From Candidatus Spongiisociaceae bacterium (lineage in GTDB: Bacteria; Actinomycetota; Acidimicrobiia; Spongiisociales; Spongiisociaceae), in assembly GCA_965202665.1 (NCBI GenBank), contig OZ241841.1:1632001-1696000 (forward strand): 64,000 bases of DNA. Reading direction: 5' to 3'. Numbering within the stretch: the stretch's first letter is position 1; the number at the start of each line of letters is the position of its first letter. Under the pieces are notes generated by a model that saw nothing but the letters and a program-made list of their open reading frames with translations, was not told the origin of the DNA and searched no databases. Shown one piece after another: positions 29,201 through 41,200 of this stretch. Position numbers and translations under genes: made by a program.

Positions 29201-32200
29201 TGGTTTTGACCACGGCCACGGTGGTGAAAGTGACGGTCGCCGGGACGAGCGCCTCCGCCGCCGACTTCACCGCCGTCCCCTCCTTTAACATCACCATTCC
29301 CGCCGGCTCTTCTTCCGCTACCGGAACTTTCACTTTGACGGTCGCTGATGACAACATCGTGGAAAGCTCGGAGAGCCTGACCGTGTCCGGAACCACCGCC
29401 GCCGCCGGTTTCACCGCCGTCAACGGGGCCGCCCTGACCATCGCCGACAACGACGCCGCTCCCACCAGCATCATCCTCACCCTCAACCCGGCCAGCGTGG
29501 GGGAAGACGACGGGGCCACCTCCATCGATGTCACGGCTTCTTTCCCGGCCGGGTCGCCGGCGTTGACCACCGCCACGGTGGCGACGGTGTCGGTGGCCGG
29601 TTCCACCGCTACTTCGGGTACCGATTTCGGGGCGGTGAGTTCCTTCAATGTTTCCATAGCCGCCGGGGCGACCAGCGGGATGGGGACTTTCACTTTTACG
29701 CCCACTAACGATACGGTGGCGGGGGAGGGGACGGAAACGGCCACCGTGTCCGGCGCCGCCGCTGGTTTCTCTTTCACCAACGCCGCCCTGTCCATCGCCG
29801 ACAACGACGCCAAACCTTCCAACATAATTCTCACCGTGGACACCGACGGCGAAACGACGGGCGACCAGTCCGAAGTGGCCGAGGACGCCGGTTCCGTCAC
29901 CGTGTCCGTCACGGCGGCCTTGCCGGCCGGTTCCCCCACTTTGGCCTCCGCCACCGAAATCACGGTGAAACTGGTCGGAGAAGCCCCTCGGGAAGGAGCG
30001 GTAGATGAGAGAGATGTGGTTTTGGGGTTGGCGAAAGGCAAAACAGCCCATGCCACCGGATACGACTATTCCTCCAACAAGACCAATGACACTTTCACTA
30101 TCACCATTCCCGCCGGAAGCCTCAGCCATTCCGGTGATTTCACCTTGACCGTGGAAGATGACTCGTTGCAGGAGGGTTCGGAAACATTCAAAGTGACCGG
30201 GTCGGCTACCGGGTTTATGTTCAACTCTTCTCCTACAGTGACCATCACCGACAACGAGACTTCCAGCATCAGCCTATTTTTCAGCGACAATAGGGGTGAA
30301 CGATATCCGTTTAGCTACGCCGATCTTTTACAGGAAGGGATACATACGCGTACAGATGTTCCCTATTGGCCCGGGGGTGTCCCCCAGATTCCTTTCACTA
30401 TTCAGGTGATGACTTCTAAGGCCGTCGGGGAAACGTACCGCGATATAAATGTCATAACATCCGGGGCGGCCAAAGGTGGCGTCGATACCGACACTTCCCG
30501 CGACTACACTTTGTATTGGGCGGAATACACCCCCAACGGACGTTTTCGCATCCAACGGGGAGCAAAGGTTTCCCTATACGGCGGTGATACACAAGTACCG
30601 ACCCAGGCTATCCGAATCTACGACGACAATATCGCGGAAGGCGATGAGACCATCATTTTAACGGGGCGTAGCAGCACTGGAAGCAGCAACACGTTGACGT
30701 TTACCATCAAAGACAACGATGTGGCCCCGACTGTTATCAACTTGGCGGTGGACACCAACATTTCCACTTCCGCCGTCAGTGAAACTTCCCTGATGGAGGG
30801 AGATTCGGCTACTACGGTGGAAGTCACCGCCTCTTTCCCCGCCAACTCGGCGGTGTTGCCCCACCCCACCACGGTGGCGGTGTCGGTTGCCGACAACACC
30901 GCCACCTCCCGCGACCATTTAGCGGTCCCCTCTTTCAATGTGGTCATCCCCGCCTTGAAATCCTCGGGGTCGGCCAGATTTACGTTCACCCTGGTGGACG
31001 ATGCGATTGTGGAAGGTTCGGAAACCTTGGATATAACCGGGGCGGTCAGCGGGTTCACCGTCAATTCGGCGATGATAACCATCAAAGACAACGAAACCAT
31101 CACCTTGAGCGTGGATACCGACGGAACCGAGGATGGCGACCAGACGGCGGTGGACGAAGGAGCCACCGACCAGACGGTGACCGTCACCGCCGCCTTCGAC
31201 GCCGACCAGACGGTGTTGACCGGAGCCACCGCGGTTACCGCGTCGGTGGCGGGCGGCGGAACCGATCCGGCTTCCGCGTCCGATTACACGGCGGTAAACG
31301 ATTTCACCATCACCATCCCCGCCGGAAGTTTGTCCGCTACCGCCACCTTCGACCTGACCGCCGCCGCCGACAACATCGCCGGGGAAGGGACGGAAACCCT
31401 GAGCGTCTCCGGAGCGTTGACCGGCTACACCATAAACGGCGCCGCCATTTCCATCAACGACCTCACCGCCGCCCCCAACCAATTGGTTTTCACTTTGGAC
31501 GCCGACACCGGTACCAGCGGAAACCAGACCAGCATCGGGGAGGGGATCGCCAACCGGACGGTGCAAGTGTCAGCCGCCTTCCCGGTCGGTTCCACCGTTT
31601 GGGAAAGCGACCTGTCCATTCCGGCGACGGTGGGGGCGGGTACCGCCGAAAGCGCCGATTATTCGGTGACCGGCGGGACCTTCAACCTGACCATTCCGGG
31701 CGGGGGAACCTCCTCCAACGCCAAGACTTTCACCCTCACCACCGTCGACGACAACGTGGCGGGGGAAACCGACGCCCTGTCGGTGGGATCCTCTTTGGCC
31801 GGATACACGGTCACGCCCGCCTCTCTCACCATCACCGACGCCGACTCCAAACCGACGCAGATCACTTTGAGCGCCGCCACCACCCATCAGACGGCCGACG
31901 ATTCGGTGGAGGAAGGAACCAGCGATACGGTGACGGTGACCGCCGCTTTCACAGGGTCCATAGTGTTGGAAACAGCCTTGTCGGCGCCGGTCGTCGTCGC
32001 CAAAGGGACCAGCGAAGGAGCGGCGGACTACACCGCTTCCTCCGCTTCTTTCAACATCAGCATTCCCGCCAACAGTTCCTCCGGGTCGGCCAACTTCACT
32101 TTGACGGCCGTCGACGACAATGTGGCCGGGGAGACGGACGCGATAGCGGTCAACGGCGGAACTTTGGCCGGTTACACCATCACCGGAACCACCGTGAAAC

Positions 32201-35200
32201 TGATCGACAAAGACATCGCCCCCACCAACATCGCCCTCAAACTGGATGCGGACGCCGACTCCGAAGGGGCCCAAACCTCGCTGGGGGAAGGCACGTCGAA
32301 CCGGACGGTGCGGGTGTGGGCGGAATGGGTGAACACTTCCCTGCAGTTGGAGAAGAAACTCACCATCCCGGTGACGGTGGCGGCCGGCACGGCGGAGACC
32401 GGCGACTATTCGGTCACCGGCGGGTCTTTCAACGTAATCCTCCCCGGGGCTTCCCAGACGGCCTCCACCCACTCTTTTACGCTGACCGTCAACGACGACG
32501 ACGTGGCCGGAGAGACGGACGCCCTGTCGGTGGGGGGAACCTTGGCCGGATATACCATCGCCGCCGCTTCCCTGACCCTCGGCGACTCCGATGCCAAACC
32601 GACCGGCATTGCCTTGAGCATCGTCACCGACCACCAGACGGCCGACGACTCAGTGGATGAGGGAACCAGCGGCACGGTGACGGTCACCGCCTCCTTCCCC
32701 TCCGACGGGTCGGTGCTGGAAACCGCCCTGGCCGTTCCGGTGGTCATCGCCGACGGAACCACCGACGGCTCCTCCGACTACGCCGCCTCACCCTCCTCTT
32801 TCAACGTGTCCATCCCCGCCAACAGCCGCTCCGGGAACAAAAATTTCACTTTGAACGCCAAAGACGATGATGTGGCCGACGGGACGGAAGAAGTGACGGT
32901 GAAAGGCGGGACTTTGGCCGGTTATCTCATTTCGTCCGACAAAGTGAAAATCCTGGACGGGGACACCGCCCCCTCCGTGATTAATTTGACCATCGACGCC
33001 GACTCCGGTACCGACGGCGCCCAGACCAGCATAGGGGAAGGGGTGTCGAACCGTTCGGTGTCGGTATGGGCTTCCTTCCCGGACGGGTCGGCGGTCCTGG
33101 AGTCGGATTTGACCGTGCCGGTGGTGGTAGCGGCAGGGACCGCCGAAAGCGCCGATTATTCGGTGGGCGACGATTCGTTCGATGTGACCATCGGGGCGGG
33201 AACCCGCCGGTCGGCCACCGCCGCCTCTTTCACGTTGACCACGGCGGACGACGACCTGTCCGGGGAGTCCGACGCCCTGTCCATCAAAGGCGGGACTTTA
33301 GCCGGTTACACTATCAACCCGGCCTCCCTCACCATCTCCGACGCCGACGCCGCCCCCACCGTCATCACCCTGACCATCGACGCCGACGCCAACACCAACG
33401 GAAATCAGACTTCTGTGGATGAGGGGGTGTCCGGACGCGGGGTGCGGGTGTGGGCCTCCTTCCCGGCCGGTTCCGTCCCCCGGGAGGCGGACGTGAAAGT
33501 GCCGATTACGGTGGCCGCCGGGACGGCCGAGAGCAGCGACTATTCGGTGGACGACGCCGCCCTGGAGGTGACCATCGGGGCGGGGACGCTCACTTCGGCT
33601 ACGCCGGACTCTTTCTCCTTGCAGGTGAGAAACGACAACGTGGCCGGGGAGTCGGACGCTTTGACGGTGAAAGGCGGGACTTTGGCCGGTTTCACCATCG
33701 GGACCGCCCAGTTGTCTTTGGGGGACGCCGACGCTTTGCCTTCGCAGATAGCGTTGTCCACTAATCCGACCAGCGTCGCGGAGGACGGTACGGCTCGTTC
33801 GGTGTCGGTATGGGCCGAGTTGCCCTCCACCGGGCCGGTGCTGGAATCTGCGTTGTCGGTGCCGGTGGTGGTGGCGGAGGGCACCGCCGAGGCGGGTGAT
33901 TATGCGGTGGATAACGCGACGTTTAATGTGACCATCGGGGCGGGGAGGCATAAGTCAGCCTCGGCCGGAACTTTCAACCTGACGGTAAACGATGACAATG
34001 TGGCGGGGGAGAAAGACAAGATCAAGGTGGGGGGCGGAACCCTGTCCGGCTATACCATCACCGCCGCCGAGGTGTCTTTAGGAGACGCCGACGCTCTACC
34101 TTCGCAGGTCATTTTGTCGGTAGACGCCGATCCGGGTACCGATGGCGCGCAGACCAGCGTGGGGGAGGGGGTGAGCGGTCGTTCGGTGTCGGTGTGGGCC
34201 GAGTTGCCGTCGGCGGGGCCGGTGTTGGAGTCGGCGTTGTCGGTGCCGGTGGCGGTGGCGGCGGGCACGGCCGAGGCGAGTGATTATTCCATTACGGGCA
34301 ACACCTTTAGCGTGACGATCGGGGCGGGAACCCGCAAGTCGACCACGGCCGGTACTTTCTCGTTGACGGTGAACGATGACGATGTGGCGGGCGAGTCGGA
34401 TGTTCTGTCGGTGGGGGGCGGTTCTTTGGCCGGTTATACGATTACCGCCGCCAACTTGACCCTGGGAGATTCCGATACCGCGCCCACTGCTATCACTTTG
34501 TCGGCTAGTCCGGGCAACGTGGCGGAAGGGACCGCTAATAGGTCGGTGTCGGTGACTGCCGCTTGGCAGGGTTCGTTGGTTCGGGAGTCGGCTGTGACGG
34601 TTCCGGTGACGGTGGCGGCGGGCACCGCAGAGGCCAGCGATTATTCCATTGTTGATAACACGTTTGATGTGACGATCAGCGCCGGGGCGGCGTCCGGTTC
34701 GGGTTCTTTCTCGCTGACCGTGAACGATGACGATGTGGCGGGCGAGTCGGACCGGTTGAGCGTGACCGGTTCCAAGGCGGGCTTCACCATCGCCTCCGCC
34801 GGGGTTACGTTGGGCGACTCCGACGCCAAGCCTTCGCAGGTTACTTTGTCGGTGGACGCCGATTCCGGTACCGACGGCGCGCAGACCAGCGTAGGGGAGG
34901 GGGTGAGCGGTCGTTCGGTGTCGGTGTGGGCCGAGTTGCCGTCGGGTGGGTCGGTGTTGGAGACGGCGTTGTCGGTGCCGGTAGTGGTGGCGGCGGGCAC
35001 GGCCGAGTCCAGTGATTACGCGATCGTGGACAACACCTTCAATGTGACGATCGGGGCGGGAACCCGTAAGTCGGCCTCGGCCGGTACTTTCTCGTTGACG
35101 GTGAACGATGACAATGTGGCGGTCGAGACAGATGTCTTATCAGTGGGGGGCGGGGTTTTAGCCGGTTACACCATTACCGCCGCCAACTTGACCCTGGGAG

Positions 35201-38200
35201 ATTCCGACACTGCGCCCACTGCTATCACTTTGTCGGCTAGTCCGGGCAATGTGGGGGAGGGGACCGCTAATAGGTCGGTGTCGGTGACTGCCGCTTGGCA
35301 GGGTTCGTTGGTTCGGGAGTCGGCTGTGACGGTTCCGGTGACGGTGGCGGCGGGCACCGCGGAGGCGAGCGATTATTCCATTGTTGATAACACGTTTGAT
35401 GTGACGATCAGCGGCGGGGCGGCGTCCGGTTCGAATTCTTTCTCGCTGACCGTGAATAACGACGATGTGGCGGGCGAGGCGGACCGGTTGAGCGTGACCG
35501 GTTCCAAGGCGGGTTTCACCATCGCCTCCGCCGGGGTTACGTTGGACGACTCCGACACCTTGCCTTCGCAGATCACCCTGTCGATAGACGCCGATCCGGA
35601 TACCGACGGCGCGCAGACCAGCGTGGAGGAGGGGGTGAGTGGTCGTTCCGTGTCGGTATGGGCCGAGTTGCCGTCGGGCGGGCCGGTGTTGGAGGCTTCG
35701 TTGTCGGTGCCGGTGGCGGTGGCGGCGGGCACCGCCGAGGCGAGTGATTATTCCATTGTGGACAACACCTTCAATGTCACGATCGGGGCGGGAACCCACA
35801 AGTCGGCCACGGCTGGGACTTTCTCGTTGACGGTGAACGATGATGATGTGTCCGGGGAGTCGGATGTTCTGTCGGTGGGAGGCGGTTCTTTGGCCGGTTA
35901 TACGATTACCGCCGCCGATTTGACCCTGGGCGATTCCGACACCCCCCTCACCGAGGTGACCCTGACCTTGGACGCCGACCCGGATACCGGCGGCGCCCAG
36001 ACCAGTGTGGGGGAGGGGGTGAGCGGCCGCTCCGTGTCGGTGTGGGCGGCTTTCCCGGCTGGTTCCACACCTCGGGAGGTGGACGTGAAAGTTCCCGTGG
36101 TGGTGGCGGCGGGCACGGCCGAAGCTGGTGATTATTCGATCGTCGATAACACTTTTGAGGTAACGATCGGGGCGGGAACTTTGCAGTCGGCCACGGCTGG
36201 GACTTTCTCGCTGACGGTGAATGATGACAATGTGGCGGGTGAGTCGGACAAGTTGTCGGTGGGGGGCGGTTCTTTGGCCGGTTATACGATTACCGCCGCC
36301 GATTTGACCCTGGGCGATTCCGACACCGCGCCTACTGCCATCACCTTGTCGGCCAATCCGGGCAATGTGGCGGAAGGGACGGCTAATCAGTCGGTGTCGG
36401 TGACTGCCGCTTGGCAGGGTTCGGTGGTTAGGGAGTCGGCTGTGACGGTTCCGGTGACGGTGGCGGCGGGCACCGCAGAGGCCGGCGATTATTCGATCGC
36501 GGATAACACGTTTGATGTGACGATCAGCGGCGGGGCGGCGTCCGGTTCGGGTTCTTTCTCGCTGACCGTGAACGATGACGATGTGGCGGGGGAGTCGGAC
36601 CGGTTGAGCGTGACCGGCGCCAAGGCGGGCTTTTCCATTACCTCCGCCGGGGTGACTTTGGGCGACGCTGACACCTTGCCTTCGCAGATCACCTTGTCGG
36701 TGGACGCCGACCCGGGTACCAGCGGCGTGCAGACCAGTGTGGGGGAGGGGGTGAGCGGTCGTTCGGTGTCGGTGTGGGCCGAGTTGCCGTCGGGTGGGCC
36801 GGTGTTGGAGTCTTCGTTGTCGGTGCCGGTGGTGGTGGCGGCGGGAACGGCGGAGGCCGGTGATTATTCCATTACGGACAACACCTTTGATGTGACGATC
36901 GGGGCGGGAACGCACAAGTCGGCCTCGGCCGGAACTTTCTCGTTGACGGTGAACAATGACAATGTGGCGGTTGAGTCGGATGTTTTATCGGTGGAGGGCG
37001 GTTCTTTGGCTGGTTATACGATTACCGCCGCCAGCTTGACCCTGGGCGATTCGGACACTGAGCCTACTGCTATCACTTTATCGGCCAGCCCGGGCAGTGT
37101 GGCGGAAGGGACGGCTAATCGGTCGGTGTCGGTGACTGCCGCTTGGCAGGGTTCGGTGGTTAGGGAGTCGGCTGTGACGGTTCCGGTGACGGTGGCGGCG
37201 GGCACCGCAGAGGCCGGCGATTATTCGATCGCGGATAACACTTTTGATGTGACGATCAGCGGCGGGGCGGCGTCCGGTTCGGGTTCTTTCTCGCTGACGG
37301 TGAATAACGACGATGTGGCGGGGGAGTCGGACCGGTTGAGCGTGACCGGCGCCAAGGCGGGCTTTTCCATTACCTCCGCCGGGGTGACTTTGGGCGATGC
37401 TGACACCATGCCTTCGCAGATCACCTTGTCGGTGGACGCCGACCCGGGTACCGACGGGACGCAGTCCAGTGTGGGGGAGGGGGTGAGTGGTCGTTCGGTG
37501 TCGGTGTGGGCGGAGTTGCCAGCAACGGGGCCGGTGTTGGAGTCGGCCTTGGCGGTGCCGGTGGCGGTGTCGGCGGGCACGGCTGAGGCGAGTGATTACG
37601 CAATCGTGGACAACACCTTTAATGTGACGATCGGGGCGGGAACGCATAAGTCGGCCTCTGCTGGGACTTTCAGCCTGACGGTGAATGATGACAATGTGGC
37701 GGGCGAGTCGGATGTTCTATCGGTGGGGGGCGGTTCTTTGGCTGGCTATACCATTACCGCCGCCGACTTGACCCTGGACGATTCAGACACTGCGCCCACT
37801 GCTATCACTTTGTCGGCCAGCCCGGGCAGTGTGGACGAAGGGACTGCTAATCAGTCAGTGTTGGTTTCCGCTGCTTGGCAGGGTTCGGTGGTTAGGGAGT
37901 CGGCTGTGACGGTTCCGGTGACGGTGGCGGCGGGTACGGCGGAATCGAGCGATTATTCCATTGCCGATAACACTTTTGATGTGACGATCGGGGGCGGGGC
38001 GGCGTCCGGTTCGGGTTCTTTCTCGCTGACGGTGAACAACGACGATGTGGCGGGGGAGGCGGACCGGTTGAGCGTGACCGGTTCTAAGCAAGGTTTCTCC
38101 ATCACCTCCACAGGAGTAACTTTGGGCGACGCTGACACCTTGCCTTCGCAGATCACTTTGTCGATAGACGCCGACCCGGATACCGGCGGCGCCCAGTCCA

Positions 38201-41200
38201 GTGTGGGGGAGGGGGTGAGCGGTCGTTCGGTGTCGGTGTGGGCCGAGTTGCCGTCGGCGGGGCCGGTGTTGGAGTCTTCGTTGTCGGTGCCGGTGGCGGT
38301 GGCGGCGGGCACGGCCGAGACGAGCGATTACGCAATCGTGGACAACACCTTCAATGTGACGATCGGGGCGGGAACCCATAAGTCGGCTACGGCCGGGACT
38401 TTCAGCCTGACGGTGAACGATGACAATGTGGCGGGCGAGACGGATGTTCTGTTGGTGGGGGGCGGAACTTTGGCCGGTTATTCTTTCACCGCCGCCGACT
38501 TAACCTTGGACGATTCCGACACCTTGCCTTCGCAGATCACCCTGACGATAGACGCCGATTCCGGTACCGACGGGGCGCAGTCCAGTGTGGGGGAGGGGGT
38601 GAGTGGTCGTTCGGTGTCGGTGTGGGCGGAGTTGCCAGCAACGGGGCCGGTGTTGGAGTCGGCCTTGGCGGTGCCGGTGGCGGTGTCGGCGGGCACGGCC
38701 GAGGCGAGCGATTACTCCATTGTGGATAACACTTTTAATGTCACGATCGGGGCGGGAACGCATAAGTCGGCGTCGGCTGGGACTTTCAGCCTTACGGTGA
38801 ATGATGACAATGTGGCGGGCGAGACGGATGTTCTGTCGGTGGGGGGCGGTACCTTGGCCGGTTATTCTTTCACCGCCGCCAGCTTGACCCTGGATGATTC
38901 CGACACTGCGCCCACTGCTATCACTTTGTCGGCCAATCCGGGCAGTGTGGACGAAGGGACTGCTAATCAGTCAGTGTCGGTGACCGCTGCTTGGCAGGGT
39001 TCGGTGGTTAGGGAGTCGGCTTTGACTGTTCCGGTGACGGTGGCGGCGGGCACCGCGGAGTCGAGCGATTATTCCATAGTCGACAACACTTTTGATGTAA
39101 CGATTAGCGGCGGGGCGGCGTCCGGTTCGGGTTCTTTCACGCTGACCGTGAATAACGACGATGTGGCGGGGGAGTCGGACCGGTTGAGCGTGTCCGGCGC
39201 CAAAGCGGGTTTCACCATCACCTCCGCCGGGGTGACTTTGGGCGACGCCGACGCCAAACCGACTTCCATCAAAATACTGGTGGACGCCGATCCGGATACC
39301 GACGGGGCCCAGACCAGCATTGGGGAGGGAGTGAGCGGTCGTTCCGTGTCGGTGTGGGCCGAGTTTCCGTCCACCGGGCCGGTGCTGGAATCGGATGTGA
39401 CGGTGGATGTGTCGGTGACGGCGGGCACGGCTCAAGCAGCCGACTATTCAACTTCCGGGACCTCCGGCTTGCAGGTGACCATCGGGGCGGGCGGCCGCCG
39501 GGCGACCGCCGCCTCCTTCACTTTGAACACCGTCGACGACTCTATTGCCGGGGAGTCCAACGAGGCGATAACGATTAGCGGCTCGGTGTCGGGCGACGCC
39601 TCCTATACGTTCACCGCCGCGGCCCTGAGCATCACCGACGGGGACAGCCCGCCCTCTCGAATAATTTTGACGGTGGATACCGACCCCGGAACCGCCGGTT
39701 CCCAAACCAATATTGCGGAGGGGATCAGCAACCGGACGGTGACGGTCACCGCCGCCTTCCCCGCCGGTTCCCCCACTTTGCTGACCGACTTGCGGACGCC
39801 GGTGGTGGTGGAGGCGGACACCGCCGAGGCCTCCGACTTTTCAGTTTCCGGAGGTTCTTTCACCATCACCATCGCCTCCGGCGCCTCGTCCGCCACCGGA
39901 ACCTTCACCCTCACCGCGGCCGACGACGACCTGTCCGGGGAGTCGGATGCCATCGCCGTCAAAGGCGGAGTTTTGGCCGGCTACACCATTGTTCCCGCCT
40001 CCATTTCCATCACCGACGCCGACGCCGCCCCCACCAAGATCACGGTGACGGTGGACGTCGACGGCTCAACCGACGGACTGCAGACCAAAATCACCGAGCA
40101 GGGCCCCCCGCAGACGGTTTCGGTGTGGGCCGAGTTCCCGGATGGTTCCACCCCTATGGAGTCGTCCGTGTCGGTGGCGGTGTCGGTGGAGGACGGAACC
40201 GCCGAAAGCGACGACTATGTAGTGACCGGCGGGTCTTTCAACGTGACCATCGGGGGCGGGACCCGTAAGTCCGCCACCGCGGGAACCTTCACTTTGGACG
40301 CCAATGAAGATACGGTGTTCGGCGAAAAAGACGCCGTGCTGGTGGATGGGACGTTGGCCGGTTTCACCGTTACCGACGCCGAAATAACCATCATCGATTC
40401 CGCTATCGCATTCCTGGACCGCCGCGTGAGCAATCCCGAGGAGGATCCCGAGGAGGATCCCCCTCCCACCACCCTCTATCCCACCGCCATCAAACTAACC
40501 GTTGATACCCACCCCGGCGAAAACGGGGCCCAGACCAGCGTGGGGGAGGGGGTTTCAGCCCGGTCGGTGTCGGTGTGGGCCGAGTTCACCAACGGAGGCG
40601 CCGGGTCGGTGTTTGAGAACGACCAGACGGTGGCGGTGACGGTGGCCGCCGGAACCGCCGAAGAATCCGATTATTCCATCACCGACAGCACCTTCAACGT
40701 GGTGATCGGGGCGGGAACCCGCAAGTCGGCTACCCCCGGCACATTCTTGCTGACGGTGGCCGACGACAATGTGGCCGGCGAAACCGACGCCCTGCTGGTG
40801 GGCGGCACGCTGGGCGCCTTTACCGTCGCCGGCGCCCAAGTTACTTTGGGGGATAGCGACACGAAGCCGTCTTCGGTCGCTTTGACCGTTTCCCCCACTT
40901 CCGCCGCTGAAGACGGAACCGCCCGCACCGTGTCGGTGTGGGCCGAGTTGCCTTCCACCGGGCCAGTGTTGGAGTCGGCTTTGACGGTGCCGGTGGTGGT
41001 GGCCAAAGGCACGGCTGAAACCTCCGACTATACGGTGGACGACGCCGATTTCAACGTGACCATAGGAGCGGCCAGGCACAAGTCGGCCGCCGCCGGTTCT
41101 TTCACCCTGACCGTTCGTAACGACGATGTGGGCGGAGAGGACGACAAACTCCAGATCAAAGGCGCCGCCTTGTCCGGTTTCACCATAACGCCCGCCGCGC

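Noticed and set aside
34090-39400. Regular repeats as a CRISPR array or non-coding repeat array
   Set aside because: Units are 348/384 bp, in frame within one ORF, with no short repeat plus unique spacer structure and no cas genes in the window.
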